Below are positions 22,881-39,200 of a stretch of DNA of 64,000 nucleotides, piece by piece. Position numbers and translations under genes: made by a program. How positions within the stretch are numbered: the stretch's first letter is position 1; every line of letters starts with the position of its first letter. Origin of the DNA: Octopus sinensis (lineage: Eukaryota); contig NC_042998.1 in assembly GCF_006345805.1 (NCBI RefSeq), positions 149,668,001 to 149,732,000 on the forward strand, in the 5' to 3' direction. The notes beneath the pieces are model-generated. The model was not told the DNA's origin. It saw nothing but the letters and a program-made list of their open reading frames with translations, and ran no database searches.

Positions 22881-23965
22881 TTTTTTTCTAGTTTCAGCTC
22901 AGAGCTGCGGCCATGCTGATGCACCGCCGTTTCGTGCTACACTGTTATTACGACGAACCTCGTCTAATATGTGGCACTTGGTGAAGAATGGAGTTTGATA
23001 TAGCTACTCTCATTTGCACATCTTGTCGTGAGGTAGGTTCATCTGGGACTCTCGACAGGAAGATGTCCAGCTTTGATTTAAAAACCGCTACATCTACTTT
23101 GTGCAAGTTCCCCAGACTCTTTGGGAGAATATTAAAAAACTGTGGGCCCTTGAAACCCAGGCTGTTGCAGAAGCTGGTCTTAAAGCGTGATGGCATTGCT
23201 GGGATCTTTGGCACTTTGCAGTGTCGTCCCGTTCTAGCATTGGTGTAGCTTACAATGCCAAAATTTGGCACAATTCCTTCCAGGATCTTCCAGACATATA
23301 TTACTGCATACCTCTCCCGTCTTCTCTCCAGGGAGTAGAGTCTTAGCTGTTTCAACCTTTCCCAGTAGGTGAGCTGTTAATTTTACACTGGTGGGTGACC
23401 ATAGCTGTGAGCAGTAATCCAGGCGGCTGTGGCCGAATGTCCACCAGAGGACCATCATGGTTTCCTTATCTCTGGTTCTGAATGTTCTTAGGATCCACCC
23501 AGCCAGTCGTCTGCACTTTGTCGCCATCCTGGTAATGTGCACTTGGAAAGAGGTATCATCACTCATGTCGATACCCAGGTCCCTCACAGACTTAGGCTCT
23601 GAGATTGAAATTCCCTGTGGACCGGTGTATCATGTAAGTTTATATTCAGTTTTGGATGCTGGTAGCGCAGGGCCTGGAATTTTTCAGCATTAAACTGCAT
23701 ATTATTATCCTCAGCCTATCTGTAGATTGAGTCCAACTCCTGCTGCAGGTGTGCAACATCGCTGGGGTTCTGTATTTTCTGCGAGACTTTCGTATCGTCT
23801 GCATAGCTGGCCAGAGTGGCTATCCGGGCATTTAAGGGCATATCTGAGAGGGCCACTATAAAAAGCAGTGGTCCCAAGACAGTGCCCTGTGGAACACCGC
23901 TCACTATTTATGTGTTCATAGAGGTGGGTCCATCAACCACTACTGCCTGACTCCTAATTTCAGGA
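22881..23965 (-). mobile_element. CR1/L2-group LINE (second family), 5'-truncated: RT C-half, 3' UTR and A-rich tail
   Basis: SGVPQGTVLGPLLF and YADDTK (23716-23904); RDLGIDMS, SRLDYCSQLWSP (23234-23587); LYSLERRRERY...FKSKLDIFLSRVPDEP (22948-23355). Ends GGCGGTGCATCAGCATGGCCGCAGCTCTGAGCTGAAACTAG(A)n. Confidence 0.9.
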
Positions 23966-27640
<3,675 letters not shown>

Positions 27641-27689
27641 ACATTCTTACCGTTTTGGAATCTCTAAGCGATTCCGTAATTCGCTCTAG

Positions 27690-28384
27690 ATCTCGGCAAC
27701 GGTGTTAAAATGGTGACCTTTGAGCTGCATTTTTCTCTTGGAGAAGAGACGGAAGTCCGCAGACGCTGAATCTGGAGAATAGGCCAGGTGCTGAAGCGAT
27801 ACCATGTTTCTTGTTTGTTTTTTTTTTTTTGGTGAGAAACTCACGAGTGAGAAGAACTCAGCAACAGGGAGCATTATCGCCGTGAAGAATCCAATTCCTC
27901 GCGCATCACAGATCCGGTCACTTTCACGAAATCTCCTCCCTCAAACGGTTCAAAACGTCGCAGAACTCTTGATTGACTGTCCGGCCCTAGAAGACAAATT
28001 TTCGATGCACAATACCGCGGGTGCCGAAAAAACAACGAGCATCTTCTTTATTGAGCTGCGGCCTTTGAAGCACCCGTGCCACTCGAAACATTGCGTACGA
28101 CTCATTGTCTCGTCGCTGTAATCTTGCCGAAGCATGATCCTTATCTCTGTAGCAGACTTCCCAAGTTTAGCGCAAAATTTCACGTTGGTTCTTTGTTCCT
28201 GACTACAACATATACGTGATCACAAAAAATGAAATTTCACAATTTACGAAGTAAACACAACGATATCACTCGGCACACTGCCTCATGAAGGTCACTGCTA
28301 GCTCTCATGACGCAGGCAACCGCGTGCTGCAAGCTGTAAGCGTACTACAGAACTAGTTCTAGAACTTTTTGATATTACTTCGTA
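27690..28384 (-). mobile_element. Mariner transposon, internally deleted
   Basis: MKFCAKLGKSATE...MSRTQCFEWH (27950-28183) and AYSPDSASADFRLFSKRKMQLKGHHF (27686-27874). TIR-like TACGAAGTAATATCAAAAAGTTC near 28362-28384. Confidence 0.8.
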
Positions 28385-29150
28385 CGTATATGTGTATGTA
28401 TGTATGTATGTATGTATGTATGTATGTATGTATGTATGTATGTATGTATGTATGTATGTATGTATGATTTTTCTTTGACTTTAAGTTCTCGAAGATTCAA
28501 GCCGGTCGCTAACAAAGCGGCAAGACATTCTTAGTTAAGAAAGTTTCCCGTGTTTGTAAATATGCGGTTGAGTTGGTGTGTTGTCGATGCGTACAGCCAA
28601 GTACATGCATCTGTTCACATAAGAATCTCAGATAGAGAATTTTTGGAGCGTTTTACAAATTTTCACTGTGCCAGTAATAGACTGAATTTGGAGAAAGTGC
28701 AACTGTTTCTTTTGCTCTTTTTCCGTGAAACAGAGTATTTCTAGGTTTTCGTGAAAATTTGTTGATTCATAACATAATGTACCTATGATAATAGGTACAA
28801 TTGAGAATTCATAATCAGGATAGAATGGCTATAAATTCCGCATTAATTCGCCATAAATATTCCCTTATTTATGGACTTTTGATTGTACAATCTCATCCAT
28901 TTAGCAGCTAATCCCTACAACTGTGTATGACTTTTGTTCTCTGTCCCGCAGAACAATATCAGGTCTATTATGATTTCAACGAAATATTTTTATTAGAGTG
29001 TTCTACCAGTATTCCTTGTTTTTAAAGGTGTGATTACCTGCACGTTTTAACATGCCTTTGATGTATATGTCTGGGTAGTTCTTCCTACAGAGAGCTTTGT
29101 AAATAGTGTTTGTAAGTATATAATACCTCAGGAGCAGGTATTATCTCATA
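28385..29150 (-). mobile_element. RLE-type (R4/Dong-like) LINE 3' fragment with (TACA)n tail
   Basis: My minus-strand translation gives NHNRPDIVLRD...IYGELMRNL...VPIIIGTL...QIQSITGTVKICKTLQKF with internal stops. (TATG)n at 28385-28467. Confidence 0.75.
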
Positions 29151-29590
29151 GTATCTATGTATGTTTGTCATTATTCAGTTTTATTTCAAAATTTCCTGTC
29201 AATAGAGAAAGAGTCGGTCTCTAGCCTAGACCCAAGGGCCCTTCGTTGGAATTTCAACATCAACAGGGTTTGTATGTATGTATACGTGCAGATTTCTATG
29301 TTTTGTTTTATGTATGTTTTCTCATGCATATACCTGCATATCTAGACATGATTATCTATACTTAAATGATAAACTTCTGGAAAGTTTTACAGATTTTTAC
29401 AGTTCCAGTGATGGCTTGGATCTGTAGGCTTCGAATCAGCTTCCTCTTTTCTGGTTTTGAGAAGCCTAATTTCTCAAGATTGGTATTTAAGCAGTGTGTT
29501 ACATATCCCAGCGTCCCAATAATTACAGGTACAAACCTGAACTTGTAATCTAGATAGAATAGCTGTAGATTCCTCAATAGTTCGGCATGT
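29151..29590 (-). mobile_element. RLE-type LINE 3' fragment (related family)
   Basis: ORF 29362-29577 MRNLQLFYLDYKFRFVPVIIGTLG...QIQAITGTVKICKTFQKF. The 3' UTR unit is shared with 41366-41645, and the fragment is flanked by TATG repeats. Confidence 0.8.
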
Positions 29591-29707
29591 ATGTATGTAT
29601 GTGTGTGTGTGTTGGTATGTATGTATGTATGTATGTATGTATGTATGTATGTATGTATGTATGTATGTATATACGGGGGTTGTGCGTTTGAGGCATACCG
29701 GTGTGCT

Positions 29708-29900
29708 GAGGAGCGTGGCTTACTGGTTAGAATGCTGCAGTCATAATCATAGGATTTGGGTTTCGATTTCTGGACGAGGAGATGCGTTGTTTTTGAAGAA
29801 AAGACCTCATTTCACGTTGCTCCGGTTCACCCGAGTGACAAAGATTAGTAATCCTGCGAGAGACCGGCGTCCTGTTCGGGTGAGAACATTTATGAGCTAT
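29708..29900 (+). mobile_element. tRNA-derived SINE family D
   Basis: GAGCGTGGCTTACTGGTTAG (A box)...GGTTTCGATTTC (B box), then GCGTTGT...CATTTCACGTTGCTCC. Confidence 0.55.
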
Positions 29901-30090
29901 AGAACTTGAGGAATCAGCCTTATCAACTTATGGCTTAGTAAAAACTTTTGATCCTAGTTTTCCTCATGTTTGTAAGTATCTATTGATGAGGCTCTGCCTT
30001 TCTTTTTGCACACACACCCAAATGCACATGCAGACACAAACATATACACACGCACACATACACAAGCACGCAAACACACACATTAACACA

Positions 30091-30139
<49 letters not shown>

Positions 30140-30319
30140 TCCCTACATTAGTAGAAGACACAAAAGAGCCGCCAGACGCATTTCTTCAAGCCCTACACGC
30201 ATAAAAACCTCATCTGCCCCATGTTACCCAAATATCTTCAATGACTGTAGTGATCCCAGTTATACTTCCTCTCCTCTTAAAAGTGGCGGACATAACATGA
30301 AGAAACGACATAACACCTA

Positions 30320-30550
30320 TTTCTTTATTACCCTCAAGGGGATAAACACAGAGAGGACAAACAAGGACAGACAAACGGATTAAGTCGATTATATCGACCC
30401 CAGTGCGTAACTGCTATTTAATTTATCGACCCCGAAAGGATGAAAGGGAAAGTCAACCTCTTCGGAATTTAACCCAGAACGTAACGGCAGACGAAATACG
30501 GCTACGCATTTCGCCCGGCGTGTTAACGTTTCTGCCAGCTCGCCACCTTG
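30320..30550 (-). mobile_element. SINE family A, near full length
   Basis: Head GGTGGCGAGCTGGCAGAAACG, body CCCTTTCATCCTTTCGGGGTCGATAAATT, tail CTGTCCTTGTTTGTCC...TAATAAAGAAA. Confidence 0.8.
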
Positions 30551-31195
30551 AACGACATAACACCGATGTAAACAGAAGGTAAAGGGACGCAAAATCTACT
30601 ACAATATTTTCGACCCGCACCAATTTCTAGCTATGTAGAGTAGGTGTACAGTCGAAGGAAGAGCTCGCGGTATTTGAAATTATTTAGTTATTGAGAAATA
30701 AATGTTAGGTTGTTTCACATGAAATGTCCTATTTAAAAGGTAGCAATAAAATGTTTCAGAAGTGTTAGAGAACTGATTTATTTCATCAAAGTGTGATTTA
30801 TATTCATTTATGACGCTTATCCAACGTTTCTCTATGTCATATATTCATCTTTTGTTGTGATAAACTGTCCGAATGCTGCAATTACCTCTTACGTATTTAA
30901 GAATATTTTATTTCTTATGAAAAGTTCAAAATGCTTAAATAAGTGATGATCAGCAGGAGGGATATCAGGGCAATAGGGAGGATGTTACAAAATCTCATAA
31001 TTCAGGCTTTGCAAATTTTGGACCGTAGCTTGAGGAGTGTGAGGACGTGCATTGTCATAGAGCAAAATTGGGCCATCTCTATTCACTAGTCTTGGTGGCT
31101 CCTTTTTCAAATTCTCACAAATACAAACAATTTCCTGGCAATACGATATTGCTGTTACCGTTTTTCCTTGTTGCAAAAATGAATAATGAATAATT

Positions 31196-31296
31196 CCACC
31201 ATATAGTGACCATATACCACCATATAGTGACCATATACCACCATATAGTGACCATATACCACCATATAGTGACCATATACCACCATATAGTGACCA
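31196..31296. repeat. Perfect 21-bp minisatellite, ~4.8 copies (CCACCATATAGTGACCATATA)
   Basis: Direct inspection. Translates as repeated MVTIWWY in the transposase frame. Confidence 0.95.
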
Positions 31297-31450
31297 CTAA
31301 CTTTTTAGGGCACAATGGTGCGTTTCGGTAGTGTTTAGGTTACTCTCGTGCATCTAATCATTGTCCTGTTCTCCTGTTGTTGCCAAAGGGTATCCATTTC
31401 TCATCACAAGTAATGATTTGATGAAAAAATGGTATTTTTCCAGTCGAGAA

Positions 31451-31806
31451 AGTTAATTTTTTAGCTCAAAAAGCAAAAAGCAAGGCCATGTAGGGGGACA
31501 TGGAGTTATGTACAGGGAGGGTGTTCATGCAAAGAGTTCAGGCCATTTCTGGTCAAGAGAGACTTTGAACCGAGCGGTCGTCGGCATCTTCACTATCTCG
31601 TCCGGCAGCTTATTCCACGGATCCGCAACCCGGGCGGAGAAAGCCCCTCTCCTTCGATTGAGATGAAATCGTCGCAGATAGAGCTTTTCGAAGTGACCCT
31701 GCAGCCGATACTCTGGAGTTGGAGTGAAGAACAGCTCCTTCGAGAGGTTACACTTTCCAATTATGATGTTGTGAGCAAGAATGAGATCACAACGGCGTCG
31801 TCGGAG
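31451..31806 (-). mobile_element. CR1 LINE 3' fragment (third family) inserted in the mariner
   Basis: Minus strand LRRRRCDLILAHNII...LQGHFEKL...RRGAFSARVADPWNKLPDEIV...FKVSLD*, followed by a short 3' UTR. GC content is clearly higher than the flanks. Confidence 0.85.
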
Positions 31807-32509
31807 TACACTTCAAGGCGTCTGGTTTTTTTTTTTAATCTCATTGAGTTGATGTGGAACAAACCTATCTGTTTTCTTGACTTTTCCAAAGTTTTACAGG
31901 TGTCCAAAAACAGTTGTGCGAGATGTTTGGAGTTCTGATGATAGTTTTCGAACCTTTGTTCTCGGATTTTGTTCAACCAAAGCATTTATCCATCATGACG
32001 TATAACTGATTTTGGCCTACTCCTTGGTTTATTTTCAAGGCTATCATTTGAATGAGAGCTTTAGAACCATCTCTGAACAGTTCTGGTGTGATCAAAACGG
32101 TTATCAAAGCCCGCTTGGTATTCCGTAGAGCTCCTGCAGTAGAGTCACCCAGTTTGTACTCATAAGAGAAAATCACACAACATAGTTTGGTTGTTATCAT
32201 TTTCATAAGGTCTGTGGGTACGAATTTTGTATACCAATATTGTTGGGAAAGAAAAAGAGTCAAGATTAAAATGCAAGGTATACATAACTGTGTTTTTAAA
32301 TGACTGAAATAAAAAGTAATCAAAAATGCGACTTTTCATGTGAAACAACCTAATACCAGCATTGCATTGAATAATTCTGGAGAGAGAACAGAGTGCAACT
32401 TTTATTTTACAGAAAAATTCAAGCTCCATATTTTAACAACGATAACAGTGAAATTGCACTCAAACTATACTCTACAGCTTTGAGAAAGGTCTTGGTTTCG
32501 CCAGTTAAA

Positions 32510-32660
32510 GAAAAAGGTGACAAGCTGGTAGATTCGTTAGTTCGCCAGATAAAATAATTAACTGTATTTGTTATCGCTGTACATTTTGAGTTCAAATTCC
32601 GTTGAGGTTGATGTTTGCATTATAGTACCAGTTCAACGCCGTAGTCGATGGAATTGAATT
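32510..32660 (+). mobile_element. SINE family A, degraded
   Basis: AAGCTGGTAGATTCGTTAG...GAGTTCAAATTCCGTTGAGGTTGA. Confidence 0.6.
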
Positions 32661-32959
32661 TCAGGCTTTGTGTATATATTAGGAAAATTTTATTATTATT
32701 ATTTTTACTCCAAATTCCTTGGCCATCTCTCCGGCCAGTCAACTGTATTGTCGCGGTTTTCATTTTAGTATGGAGTAACACTGAAATATGCTGTGGATTG
32801 TAATACTTAGTTACTTCCCTCTATGTTCAGAAATCGTCGAAGTCAATCCTTCCACGGGCTGATAAAATATACTCCAGACAAATACCAGGATTGATTTAAT
32901 CTATTGCCCCCACCACCACCACCACATACACACACATACACGAAAAATATATGTCCTCT

Positions 32960-33250
32960 TGTCTGAGTTAGAAATCTATATTCTGCCAATGAAACGATGC
33001 ATTTGAACTTTTTATCATAACTAGGGCTTCTACAGACTGTGATTGCATGAATGCAATCGCTCTTGGTCCTGTGTATCCAGACTGGAATATGTTCGACAGC
33101 TGATAGCTGCGAAGTTTTCACTATTGAAATAATACAATTTTTTTTTATCAACCCATTGCAATACGGCGTCGCTGTTCCTTTGTAGGATTCTGATATTGGT
33201 ATTATCGTAACTTTTGATCACATTTGAAAAACTTGGCTATCATCAACAGA
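32960..33250 (-). mobile_element. Very degraded CR1-group RT fragment
   Basis: NIRILQRNSDAVLQWVDKK...FNSENF resembles the LQQELDSIYRWAEDNNMQFNAEKFQ region of the 22881 element. Confidence 0.4.
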
Positions 33251-33890
33251 ACTAGTGAGTTGCTGGTTTAATACTTAACCTTAAAGAACAATAAAACATA
33301 CTGACGCTGGTACCTTTTGAAGTTTTTAAAACATTACCTACATATTTCTGTAGAACTGTCACAGACATTCCACTTTCAGTGAATTTTAAATAATCTCATT
33401 GCTGTATCAACCACAAACACAGACGCATTCACACAACCATGAAAACGGGAAGAAAAACTCAAAAATTTAAATTACGTAAACGACAAATACAGAACATTAA
33501 AAATTGCTCCAGTATGGTCAGGAATAAAAATTGTTGAGGTGAAGCAAAAAATATATTCACATCTAATCACAGAACAGTTCAAATACGCGCATGCATACAA
33601 ATATTTGTGTATACTATAAACCTGTACTTATATGTGTATGCATGTATCTATATATACATGCATGTAGATGTATGTATGCATGTATGCATGTGTATATGTA
33701 TGTAGGCATGTATATATTTAAATATATATCTACATGATTGTATGTATGTATGAATGAATGTCTGTGTATGTATATATATAAATAATATGTGTGTGTGTGT
33801 GTACATCCTGTGTTGTATACTTTCTTTTCGTTCTTTATGAAATATTTTAAACCTTTGCCCAAACCTCTATTAGCTTATTTGTTATGTATG

Positions 33891-33931
<41 letters not shown>

Positions 33932-34149
33932 CGTAAATTATTGTGAATACATATATACACGTGCACACACACAAAAAATATATCTGTCATCTATAGATTA
34001 TAACTCTCTCTCTCTCTCTCTCTGTATACACACACACACACATACACACGTTTATATTTATAGTTATACATAAAACATTTATACTTGTATTTAATTCCAT
34101 ACAATTAAGTACAATATCATATATTTTACTTTGAAAACACTAACTGTAA

Positions 34150-34186
34150 CTTCGTAGTTTCGGTTACTTGCCTTCATCAGATTATG
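34150..34186 (-). ncRNA. Degenerate hammerhead motif (cleavage triplet lost)
   Basis: Minus strand CTGATGA-AGGCAAGTAACC-GAAAC-TACGAAG. Core intact but no GUH at the expected position. Confidence 0.35.
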
Positions 34187-34912
34187 CCACCACACAATCA
34201 TATATATATATATATATATGCACCTCACCCATATGCGTATATGTTTGACTGTGCGTATGTATGTATATTTGTGTTTATCAGTTTCTGAACATGTTAGTTA
34301 TGCCACTCTCTCATAAGGTTTAATCTCAAAACCTTGAAGATTATTCAAAAGACCAAAGAACACTGAATAAATTGATAAACATTGAAAATAAAACTGTTTC
34401 CCAACGAATTCCTGTAACAAACGTATCTTCTATCTCTTTGCTCAATCAATTCACTTAAAGCTGGTTTCGAAACCGTAACTTTTACCACAAAAATTATCTC
34501 ATCTACACCTTCACGCCATAATTGGCTTTCTTTTTGCCTACTTCAACTATAGACCGCATTGTTGCATTCTATGCCGCAATTCATTGATATTGTGCCATCT
34601 AGTAACTACTCTTCTAGAAAATGGTACCTTTTTTAACGTTCAAACGATCATTCATTGATTTCGAAGTTTGCTGAAATTGTTGTTGTTATAGTTGCAGTTG
34701 TTGCTTTTTTAGTAGTAGTGGTAATAGTAGTGGTAGTAATAGTAGTAGTAGCTGTTGTTGTTGTCGTTGTTGTTGTTGACTGATATTGTTCATATTCTTC
34801 ATCTTTTTGATGTAATTATTTTTTCCTCCCCCATTTATATATCTGAGCAATTCTTGGCACGCACAGTTGAAAGGGATACGATCATGTATATATGTTTATA
34901 TGTATATATGAT

Positions 34913-34945
<33 letters not shown>

Positions 34946-35922
34946 GCATATATATATTTATATATATATATATATACATGTATGTACTTATATGTGTCTA
35001 TATGTACATGTATATATAGAATATAGAAATGATTATACACGCACACGTACATATCCGTACGAATAACCACATGTAATATATAGTATATATATGTTAATAT
35101 ATATTATATAATAATATATATATCGATAGATAGATATAGGTAGGTAGGTAGGTAGGTTGGTAGGTAGGTAGGTAGGTAGATATATATATACACACATACA
35201 AATATTAAAAAATGTGTTTATATGTGTGTGAGAAAGAGGGAATGACTGAGTGTATACACATATGAACACATGCAATTATTCAGATATATTCATGTCCTTT
35301 CTTGGATGTATACAAATGTATCTAGAAATGTGTGTATATTTTCTATCAGCACTAAACATACATACACGCGGGCGCTCGCGCACACACACATGTATAGTCA
35401 CATATATATGCATATATGTGTAGGTAAAATATATGACTACATTCACATATATCTCATGTGTCTCTGTGCATCTGTGTGCCTCTGCGCGCGCGCATATGTC
35501 ATAAGAAATAGATTGAGCTCTATATGAAAAACCGAATATATTATCAAAATTAAGACATGATTCAATTAATTAGAGTGAATTATTACATTTTTTTTAATAA
35601 GTCCGAAGTTTCACCTACATTCTCCCATCAATGTGTGTGTGTGTATGTGTAATTCAGTCTATGTGTGAGTGTTTTTGTCAGTGTATGAATGCATGTGAGT
35701 GTTATATATGTATCTATCTGCCTTTATACCTCTATATCCCCTTATCTATGTACGTATATACATCTCTCTCTCTCTCTCTCTACATATATAAGTGTGTATG
35801 TGTGTGTGTGTTTATATCAAGATAGACGCCCACAAACGTATATACACACGAGTGTGCATATATCTGTACAGGTGTGAAGGGAAAAGCTCATGGTGGGATA
35901 TGTATTCTTTCACTCGTTCATA

Positions 35923-36434
<512 letters not shown>

Positions 36435-36488
36435 ATAGTACATATATACATATACATAAATAAATACATACATATATATTATATATAT

Positions 36489-36534
<46 letters not shown>

Positions 36535-36552
36535 CATACATATGCATATATA

Positions 36553-36630
<78 letters not shown>

Positions 36631-36634
36631 TGAG

Positions 36635-37335
36635 TGTATTTTTCCCTTGCTAACAATTAACACGGAAAAAATAGATAAATAGTTACCAGGGTAGCAAAAA
36701 ATCACACAAAATAAACAGGTTGTAACTCCTTATTTTTAAAGGTAGAAACTTCGGGTTTACGTGGAATTTTTTGTATAATATATAAATAAATAAAGTTTAA
36801 CGCAGGTATAATTCAATTACTTTTACTTCCGACACATCTTTCGAAGATTTCACTGATATTATTCCAAAGGAATAAATGGTGTAAAGCAATGTAATCTTCT
36901 CTTCAGGAAAGTGAAGAAATGAAACTCGTCAATAAGACATTTTAACAGAAAATGATGGATATGTATTGTGATTTACTGTACGCTATTAATATTGTTTAAA
37001 AAAAAACGTTATATGATATAACGTCAGAAGTAGCCTATAGAAAGAGGAGGGATATTTTTTTTAGTGAATGTTAAATATAAAAAGAAAATTAATGTTTAAA
37101 TTATATATAATTATAGAGATTACTTATATGAACTAACGGTGTATTTTTGCCAATGTTTACATCGGTATGCACGCTCTATAACCGCGTTTACTAGTGGACT
37201 TTTAGAAAAAATGATGAGAAATAGTTCAGAATTGCAGAGAAGACAGAATTCCTTGCCTTTGTCATAAGGCATCGGGATTGAGAGAATCAACCATTCTAAA
37301 TTAAATTGTTCATTGTGGTCTTTTAGTTCCAAATT
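36635..37335 (-). mobile_element. Penelope-like element 3' end (same family as 18385-19712)
   Basis: ORF 37120-37332 LKDHNEQFNLEWLIL...CLLCNSE...RCKHWQK. The downstream repeat aligns with 18400-18800. Confidence 0.8.
36826..36911 (-). ncRNA. Hammerhead motif (long stem II family), third copy
   Basis: Minus strand CTTTC-CTGAAGA-GAAGAT...ATCTTC-GAAAG-ATGT-GTC-GGAAG. Stem I fully paired; position 15.2 is G instead of C. Confidence 0.6.
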
Positions 37336-37519
37336 AATTTACTGAGCCCAGTACTGTTACGTTTATTCCTATCCCCAATTTGTTGAGTAATGGATGGAAA
37401 TAAACTCCATTTATATATATATATACTATATATATATATATATATAATATATATATTATATATATATATATAGATAGATAGATAGATAGATAGATAGATT
37501 GATAGATAGATAGATAGTT

Positions 37520-37712
37520 AGATAATCCAAATATGAACAAAGAGAAGACACAACAACGTAAGGACGTTGAATACGTACAGTGTTATTGGACGCTCAGGAA
37601 AGGAAAGAAAGAAGGAGGATTTCACGTTTCGAGCGGAACTCTTCGTCAGTAATATAGATAAAGTCCAAAGGGAAGACGGAGAAAGAAAATCGCCATGGAT
37701 ACACACGCGGTA

Positions 37713-37748
<36 letters not shown>

Positions 37749-37915
37749 GTATATATATATAGCATAAATTTTTATTAATACTATGACCTCATCTGCCACT
37801 ACGAAGTTCCTGCAATAAATCTAAGGATAACAAAAGGTAATCGAAACTATGCCGATGCTTTACTCATCATCTGCTTATACATTTGTATAATTTCTTATCA
37901 TATATATATATATAA

Positions 37916-37987
<72 letters not shown>

Positions 37988-38187
37988 AATCCAAACAAGA
38001 AAGCAGAAAAAACACAACAACGCGAGGACGTGGAACAAATATAATATTATTGGACGCTCAGGAAAGAAGGAAAGAGGAGGGTGTAACGTTTCGAGCGGAG
38101 CTCTTCGTCGGAAACATAGGAGAAGGAAGGATCCAGAGAAGGGAAGACAGAGAAAAAAAAATCGCCAGCGGTACACGCGAGGTCACA
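37520..38187 (-). repeat. Two copies (37520-37710, 37985-38187) of a second Penelope-terminus-like repeat with a minimal hammerhead-like motif
   Basis: Shared TTATTGGACGCTCAGGAAAG...CGTTTCGAGCGGA(A/G)CTCTTCGTC...AAAATCGCCA. Minus strand reads C(T/C)GACGA-AGAG(T/C)TCCGCTC-GAAACGT. Confidence 0.6.
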
Positions 38188-38189
38188 TA

Positions 38190-39200
38190 CACAGTGTGCG
38201 TAAAATATTTGAGGACAAATTTATGTTTATAAAAAAGAAAACAGATATATAAAAGCAGATGTTAACTTAATTTTGCAAAAAATGCTATAAGGATAAAAAT
38301 AAACCTGTTCTATAATGTTATTCAATAAAGCCTCCTTCAGCTTCAACATCTCCTATATGAAATCTAAATCATCTACATGCTCGAATGAAGTGGTCCAGGT
38401 TCATTTTGGACATTACTCTGACTTATGGCAGCTTTAAAAGAATCTTTGGTATTATGGGCGTGTCCATTGACCTCTCTCTCAACAATGCTCCACATTTAAT
38501 AGTCAAACGGACTGCGATCTGGGGAATTAGGAAGCCAAATGTTAGGGGTTATGTGATCATGAAAATTTTCAGCCATCAATTCCTATGTTACCAGGGCCAT
38601 GTGTCTTACTGAAACACATATTACCTTCCATTGCATACACTGTCTATCCAGGGTTTAACAATTATTTCCAGGACCTAAATGTAGGCGGCAGATTTAACTC
38701 TGAGGCTTTGTGGAAAGAAGTAACGAGGCATCATATGTCCTTCATTGCTGACAACCCCTAAAACCATGACAGTTGCAGAAAATTTTGTATGCATAACACT
38801 TGGAACTTCAGAAGGATCTGCACGTAACCATCTGTCATTTTTCTGTTAACGTTTTGATCTTGGTCGAAGTTTTTCTCGTTTGCGAAAAACCAAATCAAAT
38901 CTTCTTCTGGATTTTTCCGTTTTTTTAAGAGCCTTTTAGATCTGATGAACTTATTTTCTTTTGCTTTCCTCATCATATACGATTTATATCTGATGTCTTC
39001 TTCGACAACATTCCTGACTGTTCTTTCTGACACATGGAGATCTTTTGCAATTGGCCTCATGGTCTTTCTTGGATTGCAATGGATGGTCTGTTGAACTTGC
39101 TGGATATATTCAGGTACTCTGATGATTTCAGAGCGTTTAGAATTCTTTTTATGCTTTGATATTGGTGATACGTTTCCATCTTCAGTCTCTAGCGCCTTAC
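38190..39200 (-). mobile_element. Tc1/mariner superfamily, DD37D (maT/Bmmar1-like) transposon, decayed
   Basis: MRPIAKDLHVSERTVRNVV...WFFANEKNFDQDQ (38758-39060). Downstream ENFHDHITPNIWLPNSPD and AEGGFIE*. TA-CACAGTGTGCG terminus at 38188. Confidence 0.8.

Larger units (their letters stand above)
30705..32353 (-). mobile_element. Mariner (Hsmar1/cecropia-like) with both TIRs, decayed, carrying a CR1 insertion and an internal minisatellite
   Basis: Perfect 20-bp TIRs TTAGGTTGTTTCACATGAAA (30705-30724) and its reverse complement (32334-32353), with TA after the right TIR. Transposase remnants RTVQRWF, ITCDEKW, KKLVVTIWW, LLYDNARPHT. Confidence 0.9.

Noticed and set aside
31196-31296. Regular direct repeats that superficially resemble a CRISPR array
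   Set aside because: The units are contiguous with no unique spacers, lie inside a mariner ORF, and there are no cas genes; this is eukaryotic DNA.
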